Source of the DNA: Chiloscyllium plagiosum | Taxonomy: Eukaryota | Length of the DNA stretch: 64,000 nt | Direction: 5' to 3' | NCBI RefSeq assembly: GCF_004010195.1 | Contig: NC_057720.1 | Span: 31,476,831 to 31,540,830 of the forward strand | In this document: in pieces, positions 37,619-50,668 of the stretch | Layout of the letters: each line of letters begins with the position of its first letter | Numbering within the stretch: position 1 is the stretch's first letter | Made by a program: the position numbers and the translations under genes | The notes under the pieces: generated by a model | What the model was told of the DNA's origin: nothing | What the model saw: the letters and a program-made list of their open reading frames with translations, nothing else | Database searches by the model: none

Positions 37619-40150
37619 GTAAGTAATTTTGCATCATTCACTGAGGGAATTCTGGAGGGACAATGTACTGCTCTCCTGCTTCTGGATTTCACGCCAGTTG
37701 TAGTACAGTTGACAATTAAGACTGTCTTAAGTGTCTGTTCAAAAGGGAATGGGGATTTGCTGAGTTAAAACAATTGCTCCAGGGTAATAAGCATTGAACA
37801 TTTTTTATTTATTTTTTATTTTTTGGAGCTTCATAGACTTGCTGTGTTCCCTCTGCAGCTTTAATCAAGATTTTAAGCTTGGCCCTAGAATGTTGAGTTG
37901 TCAAGATGTCCTTTTTGTTTCTCTAGTTTTTATGCACCCCCTACTAAAGCTGACCTGCCCACTCATGAAATTTACTCTTATAAATTTGAATAACAAGTCA
38001 CTGTTGCTAAAGCAATTTTTCCAAGAAATTAATGGATTATTTTGCTTCAAAAATTGTTTTAGTGAAAATTAGACTTCAGATTTTGCACCTGTATTAAAAT
38101 CCATGCAGAACTCATCTTATGATAGATATTAAAAGCTGCCATCCAAGTTCCTGTATTAGGGAACAAGCAGTCAAACAGAATGAAGTATGAAAATAAGGTC
38201 TTACTAAAACAATACTTGGCAACTAGTCTGACCACACTTTAAACACTAAACAATCCAAGAAATGACATACTGTCATTGGAGGCAGTTCAGAAGGTCCACT
38301 AGGTTTTGACTGAGGTGTGGAATTTGAGTAGTGGATCTGTTCAATTATTTACCATGGACTTTCAAACCTGAATTGAGTGTATTCCAGGCTGTGGTAGATT
38401 GGTTTTTTTTTTCCTTAATCAAAGGGAATTATACATTTATATGGATAAAGCAGAAAAGTAGAGTTGGAATTCTGATCAGCTAGACTGCATTGAAGCACAC
38501 TAGATGGGCTAAGTGGCCTACTTTTATTTATCTTGTGGCTTTGTTAAAACAAAATGAGACAGTTGACCCATTTTAAGCCTGCTCTGCCACTAAAGATTAT
38601 GGATGATCTGACTGCAGCCTTTCTTACCATTTCCCATGTCTATCCCCCAACTCTTGAACACTTGGATAATCAAAAATCTGTCTAATTCAGTATTGAATAT
38701 ATTTAATGATGCAGTCACCAATTGTGCTCTGGAAGAGAATTTCAGGACTAACAAATGAGGGAAGAAATTTCCTCTCCTGTTTCAAATGGAAATTCCTTTA
38801 TTTTTAAACTGTTCACCTTAGCTCTAGACTCCTCTACATAAGTAAAATCTCAACACCACCGGTCCTGGAAAAGATTTACAGGATTTTGTTTTGGTAAGAT
38901 TCACTTCTGGCTTTAAAAGTATTAAATGTGTATAGGCTCAACCTTTTCCTCCTAAGACTACTCCTTCATCCCAAGAAAAAGCCTCAGATCTTTTTTTCTC
39001 TGCAGGGCTTCCAATGCAAGTATGTCACTCCACAAGATAGCCAGACCTGTACACTGTTCTCCTGATTAGTCTCCCCAATCCCTGCACATCATAGCAGATT
39101 TAAATTTGTCAGTACAGTTGATTGGTTTACAATGTAGAATGGTGTCAATAGCATGGTTCATTTCCCACACTTGCTGAAGTCACAATAAGGGTTCTACCTT
39201 CTTCAGGCATTGTGACCCTCAAGTTAAAGTACTTTCAGCCCCCTTTTCCCTAATGACAGAGCAGCCCTAACATTTTCTGGGACCATGGAAACTTTATTTA
39301 CAGTTGTGGCAAAACCTCCTTAAACTGACATTCCATTTAACATGCAAATACATTAATTAAAAAGTCTTGGACTGCAGCATTCCACAGTTTGTCTCTACTG
39401 CTTTTCTGCTCTTGCCAAAATGGGCAACCTCTCATTTATTGGTTGCATTCATATTCCATCTGTCAATTTTCTATGCATTCATTAAACATTTATATCTCCC
39501 TCCATATATCCTTGTATCTGTAAAATTTGTAAAATTGCAGGTATACACCATTTATTCAAAATTGAATCCCTGTGGAGAAGAATAGGAAATTGTACTTGCA
39601 GACCATAATTTGTTTAATTTTGTTAAATTTGGCTGAACAAGAGAACAAAACTAGATGCAGCTCTTCAGTAAATTTTAAATTTGTCTTCATTTTAGGTTAG
39701 ACCGGTTCAGTTTTTTTTAAAAAACAAAGTTGTTTGTCCCTTTTTTTTTTTAAAAAATAATGTATAATTCTGCATTGTTTAATTTTGTACAGAGATATGT
39801 GGGCAAACCTTAATTCTCATCTAGGTGGAGAGTAAGTTTGTTTTTGTGACTTTTGGAGCTGACATGCTAATACTTGGAATTTACAGGGAATTGGTGCCAG
39901 TTTCTGGTTGATTTGTTTTTTAAAAACCATGTTTTTTGGAATTGCATTAGTTGAGATAAAGTCACCTTCCAGAAGTTGTGGTGCAGGTGGCTGCACCACT
40001 TCATCATTATACCTGGTTTCACATTTGCTGCACTTCAAAGAGAATTTCATTGTAATCAAAATAAGTAATGAGAACATTACTAAGGTTTTGTCATACTAGC
40101 CCTATCAGAAGTAAGTTTGTCAATAAATTTTAACATTTCAACTTCTTCAG

Positions 40151-40205
40151 GTTGAGCTTCACAAAATTTGTGTGTGTGTCCGAAAGCGGCCCCTCAGCAA
40201 AAAAG
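40151..40205 (+). CDS. KIF2C: Kinesin-13 exon 8, motor start (VELHKICVCVRKRPLSKK)
   Basis: cttcag|GTT acceptor; AAG|gtacgt donor; 55 nt; ICVCVRKRPL motif. Confidence 0.95.
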
Positions 40206-42142
40206 GTACGTCGTTGTTATAATTGCTCAATCGTAGAATGTCTTTCTACATTTGCAGTACAGTACTATCAAACTTAATGGATTTGAAGTGCTCAACATTT
40301 AGTAATTTCTTACCTTTTTTCATACACTGCACTGCCATCCCATTTCTGTATCAGTTGAAGCAAATGCTCAGACACAGTGGCTCTACCTTCTTCATCTTCA
40401 TTCTGAGCCCTGGGGAGAGAGCAATCGCCCACATACACAAGAACATGAGTTCTTAGCCTTCTCTCGAACAGCAGATTCTTAAGGAATTATACACTCACTC
40501 ACAGGGGGCAGCATATGTATTGGTTGGGCGATTGTTACAATCAGCAAGCATCAACAGTAACGATTAAGCCATCTGGCATTACACAATAGATGTTCTTCTT
40601 CACCTTGTTAAACCACTACCCCTGCCTCCAGCACCTCATTGTTTACTACAAGTTCTTATCTGGTCAAAGTCATGCTAGTTGAGCCTTTGTCATGTGACCC
40701 TAAACTTGACTCTTTCCTTACCTGCTCATACCTTATACACACTGCTCCATGCCTCGGTGTGGGGAATGATCAGCTTCTACTCCACTGGGCTCTTACAAAA
40801 ATTTCTGTAAAAGGTAGAAGCCCAGATTCCCATCTGCAGTAAAATCATAATGTTACAACACAAACATTTATCAACTGTTCCCTTTTAGTCTGGCCAGTCA
40901 ATCTATATAACACTTCCGTCCTGAAAGCAGTCTTCAATCTTTTCTGCACCTTTTGCTGCAGCTTTTCCCAAAGTGTGGTGTCCATCCAGACACATTACTT
41001 GAAGCTGAGCCAATATTTTGCAGAGGCTTGTCATAACTACCTGACATTTGAACTCTCTGCCACATTGGAAAGTGCAAGAGCCTGTGTTCCTTCTCAGCCT
41101 GCCTTTCAATGGTGTGGCTGCATCAACAGGTCCCTGTTGACACTGGACAGTGTCAGCTCCTTTTGTGTTGAACAATTTTGGGAAGTCTGAAAGTGAATTA
41201 CTCACTACAGAATTCCCAGCCTTCTGCTTGTAGCCACAGTGTTTATCTAGCTAGGCCATTTAAGTAACTTTTTTTTGTTTTGCAATGGTAAAATTGTTGA
41301 ATGTCACTGGGAGGTGGTTAGATTCTGTATTGGAGATGGTCATTTTCTGGTACTAAAATGGCTAGCAACATTCCTCCAAACATCAACTCAGCCTAAACAT
41401 TTGTATGTGGGTTCAGACTGTTTCAATGTCTGAGGTGTTAGTGAGCAGCACTTAACATGTTCAACCAACAGTAAATATCAAATCAAAACTGAAGCAAAAG
41501 TCATTGCTGAAGATGAGACTAGTTTAGAAGAATGCACATCTGTACTGTCTCACCTGACAGTATGCATAACTGTTTTGAGAGTTCTTGTGGCACATTGGTA
41601 ATGTCCCTACCTTGTTTTGGAAAGTCCAGGTTTCAACCCTACCCACCCCAGATATGTGCCATAAGAGTCTGAACAAGTTAATTTTTAATAGCCTGTGACA
41701 GTCTGATATATAATGTATTTAAGTTTATTTTGCCATCTTTTGATGTATCTAATTGTTTGTCATGGCAGAAAATATTCCGTAACTCTTTCCTCCACCATAA
41801 CTCCTCTGTTCTCCCCAACCCCCACCCTGCTCTGTCTGTCTGTCTCCCTCCTTTCTCTACCCGCCCCCCCCCCCCCCCAACCAAACAATATAATCACAAC
41901 CTCCAATTTGTTAACTGTTGCTCAAGATCACACTGGCATCCAGGAATGCTGACATACTGCGTCTCATGGTTTAAAACATTAATCAATTATTTCTTTCTCT
42001 CTGCTTTTTATTCATTCTGCCATTTAATTAGTATGCAATGTTAAGCTTCAGGAACCAGACCTGGAGTATTGTATACAATTCTCATCTCTTGACCGAGGAA
42101 ATGGTACTTACTAGGAAGCTGATGCAGACTAATATGAAGCCT

Positions 42143-42349
42143 AGGTGAAAGTGAGCACTGCAGATGCTGGAGATCAGAGTTTAGATTAGAGTGGTGCTGG
42201 AAAAACGCAGCAGGTCAGGCAGCATCCAAGGAGCAGAAATATCAACGTTTCGGGTAAAAGCCCTTCATCAGGAATTAGCCTGAAACGTCGGTTTTCTGCT
42301 CCTCTGGTGCTGCCTGACCTGCTGTGCTTTTCCAGCACCACTCTCTAAT
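42143..42349. mobile_element. Short fold-back Penelope-derived insertion within a CR1 relic
   Basis: 14-bp TSD ctaatatgaagcct at 42129-42142 and 42350-42363; inverted arms. Confidence 0.85.
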
Positions 42350-42707
42350 CTAATATGAAGCCTGGCAGAGCCAGTCAATAGCAAGTTAGTCAAAAGTGAG
42401 CCAAGTTGATCAGTTTCAAAAATGAAAATAAACCTGATTGAAATGTATAAAGTTTTAAAATGGCTGGACAGATTAGATTCTGGGAGAATGTGTTCACTGC
42501 TGAATCTAGAATCAGACTACGTTCTCCTGGTACAGGACTAGGATAGGCAAGTATTTAGTGTTCTACCACAATTCTTTACCACAAAAAAACTATAGAGTCC
42601 AGATTACTGAGTACACAATAGAGATTGATAAAACACTTTTGGATATTTTAAAGGCCTCTAGAGTATGGCGAGAAGGTGGGACTGTGGTGTTAAGGTAGAG
42701 GATCAGC

Positions 42708-43135
42708 CATAGAGATATACAGCATGGAAACAGATGCTTCAGTCCAACCCGTCCATGCCGACCAGATATCTCAACCCAATCTTGTCCCACCTGCCAGCAC
42801 TTGGCCCATATCCTTCTAAACCCTTCCTAATCATATACCCATCTGGATGCCTTTTAAATGTTGCAATTGTACCAGCCTCCACCACTTCCTCTGGCAGCTC
42901 ATTCCATACATGTACTACCTTCTGCCTGAAAAAATTGCCCCATAGGTCTCTCTTATATCTTTCCCCTCTCTCCATAAACCTATGTCCTCTAGTTCTGGAC
43001 TCCCCCAACCCCAGGGACAAGACTTTGTTTATTTATCCTATCCATGCCCCTCCATTTTTTTTTTTTTAAAACCTTTTATATGGTCACCCCTCCGTCTCAG
43101 ACGCTCCAAGGAAAACAGTCCCAGCCTGTTCAGCC
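42708..43135 (-). mobile_element. CR1-clade LINE 3' end
   Basis: Encodes GESRTRGH...GNFFRQKVVHVWNELPEEVVEAGTIATFKRH. Confidence 0.85.
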
Positions 43136-44625
43136 CCAAAAGGACTAAATAGCATACTCCTACTACTAGTTTTCATTAACCCCCTAACACATACACTCTT
43201 GTGGGGAGAACCTAGTTGTCTGGTAAGAAATTTGTGGAAATTCCAGCTGTCTAGGCCCAGATATATTGGCTTTCATTTTTCCTGAATAAAATTCAAGAGG
43301 AAATCTAGATGCAAGGTAACTGAGTAGACCATTCAGCCCCTTAAGCCTGTTCTGTTGTTCTAAATCATAACTGATTTTACCTAAATCAATCCTGTATTCC
43401 TACACCATCCCCATTATCCCTTACTGTCTTTATGAACTAATAATCTGTCAATCTTTCTGAAGTGACCAAATGACTGAGGCCTTCAGAGCCCTCCGGAGTA
43501 GAGAGTTCCAAAGATGAGTGAAGAACTATTTCCATCTCAGTTAAACAATTTTTTTTATTCTGAGACTTCTTTTGCTCTAGATCTTACAGCCAGGGATGCA
43601 TCCACTCCATATCTATCCCTTTTAATGAAGTTTCTATGAAGGTTCCTCGCATTCTTAATTTTAGGGAATGCAGATCTAGTTTTCCTCCATTTCTTCACAT
43701 TGAGAGTATCCTATGTCCAAGAATCAGTTTGAATCTCCGCATTCAATCTATGGCAAGAACTCAAAACTGCAGTGCACCAGTTGTGGTCTCCCCAGGGTTC
43801 ATATCATTCGAACAGAATCACAAGTGTTACAATGCAGAAACAATCATTTGGCTCATAGTACTAGCTCCTCAAATGATCATTGTTATTTCCTGTAAATCTC
43901 CTGCTTTTAACCCTATATGCTTGTACGTTATTTCTTTTGAAATAATCATCCAATGCCATCTTGAATGCCTCAATTAAGTCTGCCTTCACTACAATTCCAG
44001 GCAGTACATTCCATACCCGAACTATTGCTGTGTTTTGATTTTAAAAATGTTTTTGCCTCACTTACTCCTTTAAATCAGTGACATCTGGTTCTTACCATTT
44101 TTTTTATGTGAAGAAAGTGAACTGCTCCTTCATTCTTCCTACCAAAGTACATAACCTCACCACCTTACATCTAACATGCAGTTGCTCAACTTGTCTGAAG
44201 CCCCTTTGTATTCTCTCAAGTCATAATTGCACTAACTTTTTGTCGTCTGCAAACTTTATATCCGATTGGCTCGCATATCGAAATCATTGATCTAGACTGA
44301 AAATCTGGGACAGAAGCTGTGGTCATTGACAGTTAGCCTTGGCAGACTCTCTGGCCAAATAGTCTACTTCAGCTCCTGTCTCTCCTAGTCTGTGTGGTCA
44401 GGAAGTTTTCAAATTCTTGTGGCATGGTATCTAGCAAATACCTCTGAAGAACAGGGGTTTTAAAATCTCTGATCATGACCGGTTTCGAAATACTGCTTAT
44501 TCTTAATAGGCTATTACTGTCGGTGCCATTCTGTCTGAGTTAACTTTTTTAAAAATGGATTTGATATGATTTTTAAAGTGACAAAATTGAAGTTCAACCT
44601 TAATTCTCTATTTTGACTTCCACAG

Positions 44626-44788
44626 AAAAGTTAAAAAGAGAGATTGATGTGATTACCATCTCTGGCAAAAATGTTGTTCTGGTGCATGAGCCAAAGATGA
44701 AGGTTGACCTCTCAAAATACCTGGATAACCAGCCCTTCAGATTTGACTATGCCTTTGATGACTTTGTTACCAATGAGGAGATATACAG
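44626..44788 (+). CDS. KIF2C: Kinesin-13 exon 9 (EKLKREIDVITI...HEPKMKVDLSKYLDNQPFRFDYAFDDFVTNEEIYR)
   Basis: ccacag|AA acceptor; CAG|gtactc donor; 163 nt; kinesin-13-specific KVD loop-2 finger. Confidence 0.95.
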
Positions 44789-45738
44789 GTACTCCATTTT
44801 AAATGAGCTTAGAATTAGCATTTATACACTCTTAATTTCTTTTAAAAGTTAAGAGGTATGCTCAGCCTTTTTGATTTACTAACCCCCTCGGTTGTCATAT
44901 AAGCTAGTTGCTGAACATCTGAAGGAGTTCTAGAGCTGAGTTGAGAGAGACCGGAAGAGTGACTTTATAATAGGGAAGTGACAAGAAATCATCTTGGGTA
45001 CCAGAAGGGGCTACAAACCAGAGGGTGGGAAATGAGGAAGGGGTGGCTCCAAACAGGTACCAATCTGGTCACCTTACCCTATGTCATCTGATTTGATGCA
45101 AGACTAATTTGAAATTAAACTTCTGAGGCTAAAAGTGAAAATGGGCCCCCATTTATGAAGCAGAGTGATTTAAAGTAAGATAATTTAGAAGGGGCAATTT
45201 TCCCTTTTTTAAAAGGATCTATAAAATTACAATTAAATAAGTACAATGCAGTGCTTGCCAGGATATTATAGCAAAGTCTGATACTGCAAGACTCTATTGC
45301 ATTTGATCCAATGTTTATTAAAAGGTAGGTTTTAAGGAGCCTCTTAAAAGGAAAGTGAGACAGATGTAGGGAGCATAAACCAAAGTTAAAACCTTGGCAA
45401 TTGAATAGACACCAACAAACATTGTCAATGGTCAGAAACCCATCTGGCTCACCAATGTCTTTAGAGGAGTAAATCTGCCTTTCTCACCTGGTCTAGCCTA
45501 CATGTGACTCCAAACCCACAGCAATGTTGTTGAACTCCTAGTTGCCTTCTGAATGGCTTGCTAGGCCATTTCTGTGACTTTATAGCAATTCCTACAACTG
45601 AAATGAAACTGATAACCAGGCATTGACCTTGGCACTGGAAAAGACAAAAGCAGAAATAGCCCTATTGACCCTGCAAAGTTGTCCTCATTAACATCTGGGA
45701 GCTGGTGCTAAACATGGGAGAGCTGTCTGACAGACTAT

Positions 45739-45870
45739 TTCTCCCCTCATTCCTGATGAAGGGCTTTTGCCCAAAACGTCTGTTTTCTTGCTCCTTGGAT
45801 GCTGCCTGACCTCCTGTGCTTTTCCAGCACCACTCTCTAATCTCCAGCATCTGTAGTCCTCCCCTTTTGC
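45739..45870 (+). mobile_element. 5'-truncated Penelope terminus with a mutated hammerhead
   Basis: ctgatgaagggcttttgcccAaaacgtc at 45753-45780 (GAAA box G to A); imperfect flanking repeat ctgtctgac.gac/gta. Confidence 0.75.
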
Positions 45871-46761
45871 CTGTCTGACCGAGTAGTCAAGCAACAGCCT
45901 GACAGTCAAGCTTACAGAATCCTACTCTGCAGACAATATCCCAGATACCACCATCACCATCCCTGGATATGTCCTGTCTCCCTGGCAAGACAGAACCAGC
46001 AGAGGAGGGAGCACAATGGTACACAGTCAGGAGGAGTTGATCCATGAGTCTTCAACATTAACTCCAGACCCCCATGAGTCTTGTGGCTTCAGGTTAAACA
46101 TGAACAAAGAAACCTGTTGATAGCTAAGGGAGGACAGTAATGAATCTGTGCTCCGTGTTTAAGAATGCTTGGAGGAAATGCTGATGATGGCAAAGGTTCA
46201 AATTATACTCTAGAGTATTTCAGTGTCCAACAAGAGTGGCTCAGCAGCAGTACTACTGATTTGACTGACTGGTTGGGTCCTAAAAGACACAATTGCTAAA
46301 CTGGGTCTGTGGCAGGTGATGAAGGAAAACATACTTGACCATTTGTTTGCCAATCTGCTGGTTGCAAATGCATCTGTCCATAAGTGTTTGTGAATGATGA
46401 CCCCACAATCTTTGTGGAGACAAAGTCCTGCCTTCACATTAAGAATAACCTCCATGTTGAAGACTCCTAGAGCAACTCCTCCTGACTGTACCATTGTGCT
46501 CCCTCTTCTTCTGCTGGTTCTGTCTTGCCAGGGAGACAGGACATGTGTTGTCCCATCACATGCTAAATGGGACAGACTTCAAATAGATCTAGCAACTCTA
46601 GACTGGGCATCTGATGTGCTGTGTGCCATCAACAGCACGAGAATTGTACTCCCAAATCTGTAATTTTGTGGCCTAGCATATCCCCTACTCATCCATTTAC
46701 TGTCAAACCAGGGGATCAACCCTGGTTGAATAGAAAAATGCAGGCAGACCTGAAGATGGTG

Positions 46762-46975
46762 GAGAAAGTGAGGTCTGCAGATGCTGGAGATCAAAGTTGA
46801 AACTTTATTGCTGGAACAGCACAGCAGGTCAGGCAGCATCCAGGGAACAGGAGATTCGACGTTTCGGGCACAGGCCCTTCTTCAGGATTCCTGAAGAAGG
46901 GCCTGTGCCCGAAACGTCGAATCTCCTGTTCCCTGGATGCTGCCTGACCTGCTGTGCTGTTCCAGCAATAAAGTT
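46762..46975. mobile_element. Very young fold-back Penelope-derived insertion with a perfect 87-bp-arm palindrome
   Basis: Arms 46801-46887 and 46889-46975 are exact reverse complements around a single T. Perfect 17-bp TSD CAGACCTGAAGATGGTG at 46745-46761 and 46976-46992. Confidence 0.92.
46885..46924 (+). ncRNA. Minimal type I hammerhead ribozyme motif (mirror copy on the minus strand at 46858-46885)
   Basis: ggattc-CTGAAGA(46891-46897)-A-GGGC CTGT GCCC-GAAAC-GTC-gaatct; stem I ggattc/gaatct gives 6 pairs including one G-U. Confidence 0.75.
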
Positions 46976-47535
46976 CAGACCTGAAGATGGTGTCAAGCTG
47001 GTGAACCTGCCAAACAGAACTGCTTGCATGCCAAACGATGTAAGCAGCAAGTGATAGAACGAAGTGATCCCACAGCCAACAGATCAGATCTAAGCTCCAC
47101 AATCCTGTCACATCAATTTGTGGACAATTACAGCTCACTGGAGAAGGCTCCACAAATATCCCCCATCCTGAATGTTGGAAGAGCCTGGCACATCAGTGCA
47201 AAACATAAGGCTGAAGCTTTTCGCAGCAATCTCAATCCAGAAGTGCCAAGTGGATGATCCATCTCTGCCTCCCCCAGTGGTACCCAGGATTAAAGATACC
47301 AGTCTTCAGCCAATTTTATGCACTCCTCGTGATATCAGAAATGGTTAGAGGCACTGGATACTGCAAAGGCTATGGGCCCTGACAACATTGCAGTGATAGT
47401 ACTTTTGCTCCAGAGCTTGCTGCTGCTCCCCTAGCCAAGCTGTTCCAGTACCATTACAACACTGGCATGTGCTGGGCCATGTGGAAAACTTGCCCAAGTA
47501 TGTTTTGTATGTAAAAAGCAGGACAAATTCAACCT

Positions 47536-48860
47536 GGAGAAAGTGAGGACTGGAGATCAGAATCGAGAGCGTGGTGCTGGAAAAGCGCAGCATCCGAGGA
47601 GCAGGAGAATCTATATTAGGGCATAAGCCCTTCATCAGGAATGAGGCTTGTGGGTCGGGGCTGAGATAAATGGGAAAGGGGTGGGGTTGGGGGGAGGTAT
47701 CTGGGAAAGCGATAGGTGGATGAAGGTAAGGGAGAAGGGGATGGGTCTGGAGGGCAGTGCCGAGTAGAGGCTTGAGACTGAGATAATGTGGGGGGAGGGA
47801 AAACAAGGAAGCTGTTGAAATCCACATTTATCCTGTGTGGTTGCAGGGTCCCAAAGGGGAATATGAGGCATCAGGTCATAACAATTTGGTGGTGGAGGCG
47901 GCCCAGGACCTGCATGACCTTGACTGAGTGGGGGGGGGGGAAAGAGTTGAAGGGTTCAGCCACGGGGGCATTTGGGGTTAGTGTCCCAGAGATGTTCTCT
48001 GAAATAATCTGAAAGAAGGCATCCTGTCTCTCCGATGTAGAAGAGACCATACCGGGTGCAACGGATGCCGTAAATGACATTGGTAGAGGTATGGGTGGAT
48101 TTCTGATTGGATATGCAAAACCTGCGCCCAGATCACTCCCTTCACCTCCATCCAAGGCTCTAAGGGATCCTTCCACATCTGTCAGAAATTCACCTGTACC
48201 TCTATCAATGTCATCTACTGTATCAGTTGCACCCGGTATGGTGGTTTGTACAACAGGGTGACAGGACGCCTTCTTGTGGATTGTTTCAGAGCATCTGAGC
48301 TGAAAGTGTTGCTGGAAAAGCGCAGCAGGTCAGGCAGCATCCAGGGAACAGGAGAATCGACATTTCGGGCATAAGCCCTTCTTCAGGAATGAGGAAAGTG
48401 TGTCCAGCAGGCTAAGATAAAAGGTAGGGAGGAGGGACTTGGGGGAGGGGTGTCGGAAATGCGATTCTCCTGACCTGCGCTTTTCCAGCAACGCATTTTC
48501 AGCTCTGATCTCCAGCATCTGCAGACCTCACTTTTTCTCCTCAGAGCATCTGACACCTGCACCCACCACCCTGTGGCTGAACCCTTCAACTCCCCCCTCC
48601 CATTCCAAGGATATGCAGGTCCTGGGCCGTCTCCACTGCCAAACTGTTATTGCCTGCTGCCTGGAGGAGGAACGCCTCCTATTCCACCTTGGGACCCTGC
48701 AACCACATGGGATAAATGTGGATTTCAATGTGGGGTAGGGGGAAGATGGCTTGAGAATGCAATAGGTAGATGAAGGTGGAGAACATGATTGGAGGGTGGA
48801 GTGCATAGATGGGAAAGGTGATGGACAAGTCAAAATGGCGGTGCTGTGTTGGAGGCTTGA
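47536..48860. mobile_element. Rearranged Penelope-like element with inverted GIY-YIG segments
   Basis: Minus arm about 47536-48110; plus arm about 48120-48728 (FTCTSINVIYCISCTR...PVAEPFNSP...DMQVLGRLHCQT...LEEERLLFHLGTLQPHGINVDF); then minus orientation again. Confidence 0.8.
48299..48540. mobile_element. Fold-back Penelope-derived insertion nested in another Penelope
   Basis: 13-bp TSD TCAGAGCATCTGA at 48286-48298 and 48541-48553. Confidence 0.85.
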
Positions 48861-50404
48861 TTGGTTTTCACCAGTTTCTTTATTCCTTCCCCTCCAACAT
48901 TATCCCATAGTGCAGCCCCAACACCAGCTTGACATCATTCAGGACAAAACCCACCTGATTGGTACTGCATCCACTCTCTGCACCATTGATATGCACAGCA
49001 GCATACTATATACAAGATGCATTACAAATTCACCAAAAATCCTCATAGCACCTTCCAAACACTACCACTTCCATCGAGAAGAACAAGGACGGCAGATATA
49101 TGGGAATGCCACACTTTAACTTCCACTCCAAGCCATTCACCATCCTAACTTGGAAATATATTGCCATTCCTTCGCTGTCACTGGGTCAAAATGCTGAAAT
49201 TTCCTCTAATGGCATTGAGACAACCTACAGCAGGTGGACTGGAGTGATTCAAGCTCACCTTGAGGGCAACTAGGGACTGTAATAAATGGTCAGCCCATGT
49301 TACCCATATCCCACAAAATTGAATGAAAAACAAAATTAGTGGAGACCAGAGGCCACATTAGAAGAGGGGTGATACCTGAGCATTGTGATGGCCAGACAGT
49401 GGAAGAATTTGGAAAGAGGGCATTGCTTGACTGGAAGCCAATGCTTCTTGATTCCCATTGGAGGAATGGGATGTGCTGTTCACAGTTTTAGATTTCCCTC
49501 CATAAAGTTGAGGGAAGAAGGGAGGGTGGCCCAGGGTGCCAGATTGGTCAGGTCTGGAGGCAACAAAGGCATGAGTGAATTTCAGCAACTGATGAGCTGA
49601 GGGACAGAGGTATGCATCTCTGGATGAGACAACTGTGACTATTTGGCTTCAACAGACCATGCAAAGCTACTATGTTTACCTTTCTTTTTCCAAGAAGTTG
49701 TTCATAGCTGCTGATAAATGACAAATTCTAAGCTTAATATTTGAGTCTATTAGAATTGAACCTCTGGCAAATGTCAAGTTTTTTTTTTCTGTCTGATTTT
49801 CTTAGACTTGCAAGTTAAGATTTTTGTTGAGGATCTTTAACCAGCTGTTTCAGGTCATGTTTGGCTGATGTTCTAAAGCAGTTAGTTATAACGTGTTAAA
49901 TTAATTTTGAATGGAGTTTCTAAAACTTGGCTCGTCCATAGTTTCCATTAATTTTGTACAAACTATTTTAAGAGAATACCTCAGTTGCTTGGCTGGGGGA
50001 ACTTGTCTAAATGTATTTTTGCGTTGTATTTATTTAACCTTCAGTGCAAGTTTATTTGTTTTGTGCTGTTTTTTTCCCTCATTCAATGAGATTTGAGATC
50101 AAACATTGGATTTTTGTTCTAACAGCTCAAACTACTTTATTGAGTATTCTTGAATATTTTATGAACCAGAACAGACAAAATAAACTTGTAGGAGAAACAA
50201 AATCTCTGCTAATCTAATTCAACAGAATATATATTTGGGGTAGAGAAATTTTAAGGATGCTACTTATTATTCTGCAAATGTCAAGTGGGATATCACTCGT
50301 AATCTCTGTATACATAATGTTGCAAGTCTCCTCACAAAACCGTAAATGTGCCAAATACTATTTGGTTTAATTCCAAGAATGTCAAAATTAAAATGGGTAT
50401 TGAT

Positions 50405-50668
50405 TTAGATTAGATTAAATTAGATTACTTAGTGTGGAAACAGCCCTTCAGCCCAACAAGTCCACACCGCCCCGCCGAAGCGCAATCCACCCATACCCCT
50501 ACATTTACCCCTTACCTAACACTACGGGCAATTTAGCATGGCCAATTCACCTGACCTGCACATCTTTGGACTGTGGGAGGAAACCAGAGCACCCGGAGGA
50601 AACCCACGCAGACACAGGGAGAACGTGCAAACTCCACACAGTCAGTCGCCTGAGGTGGGAATTGAACT
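50405..50668 (-). mobile_element. 5'-truncated HE1/V-SINE-like SINE
   Basis: Nearly identical to 21062-21330; (TAATC)n tail. Confidence 0.85.

Larger units (their letters stand above)
45600..49325 (+). mobile_element. Old APE-type LINE (CR1/L2 group) hosting several nested Penelope-derived insertions
   Basis: Endonuclease-like remnants (NIWELV...GELSDRLVKQQPD...TES...DTTITIPGYVL..QDRTSRGG), RT N-terminal remnants (LDTAKAMGPDNI), and a 3' end at about 48940-49325. Confidence 0.65.
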
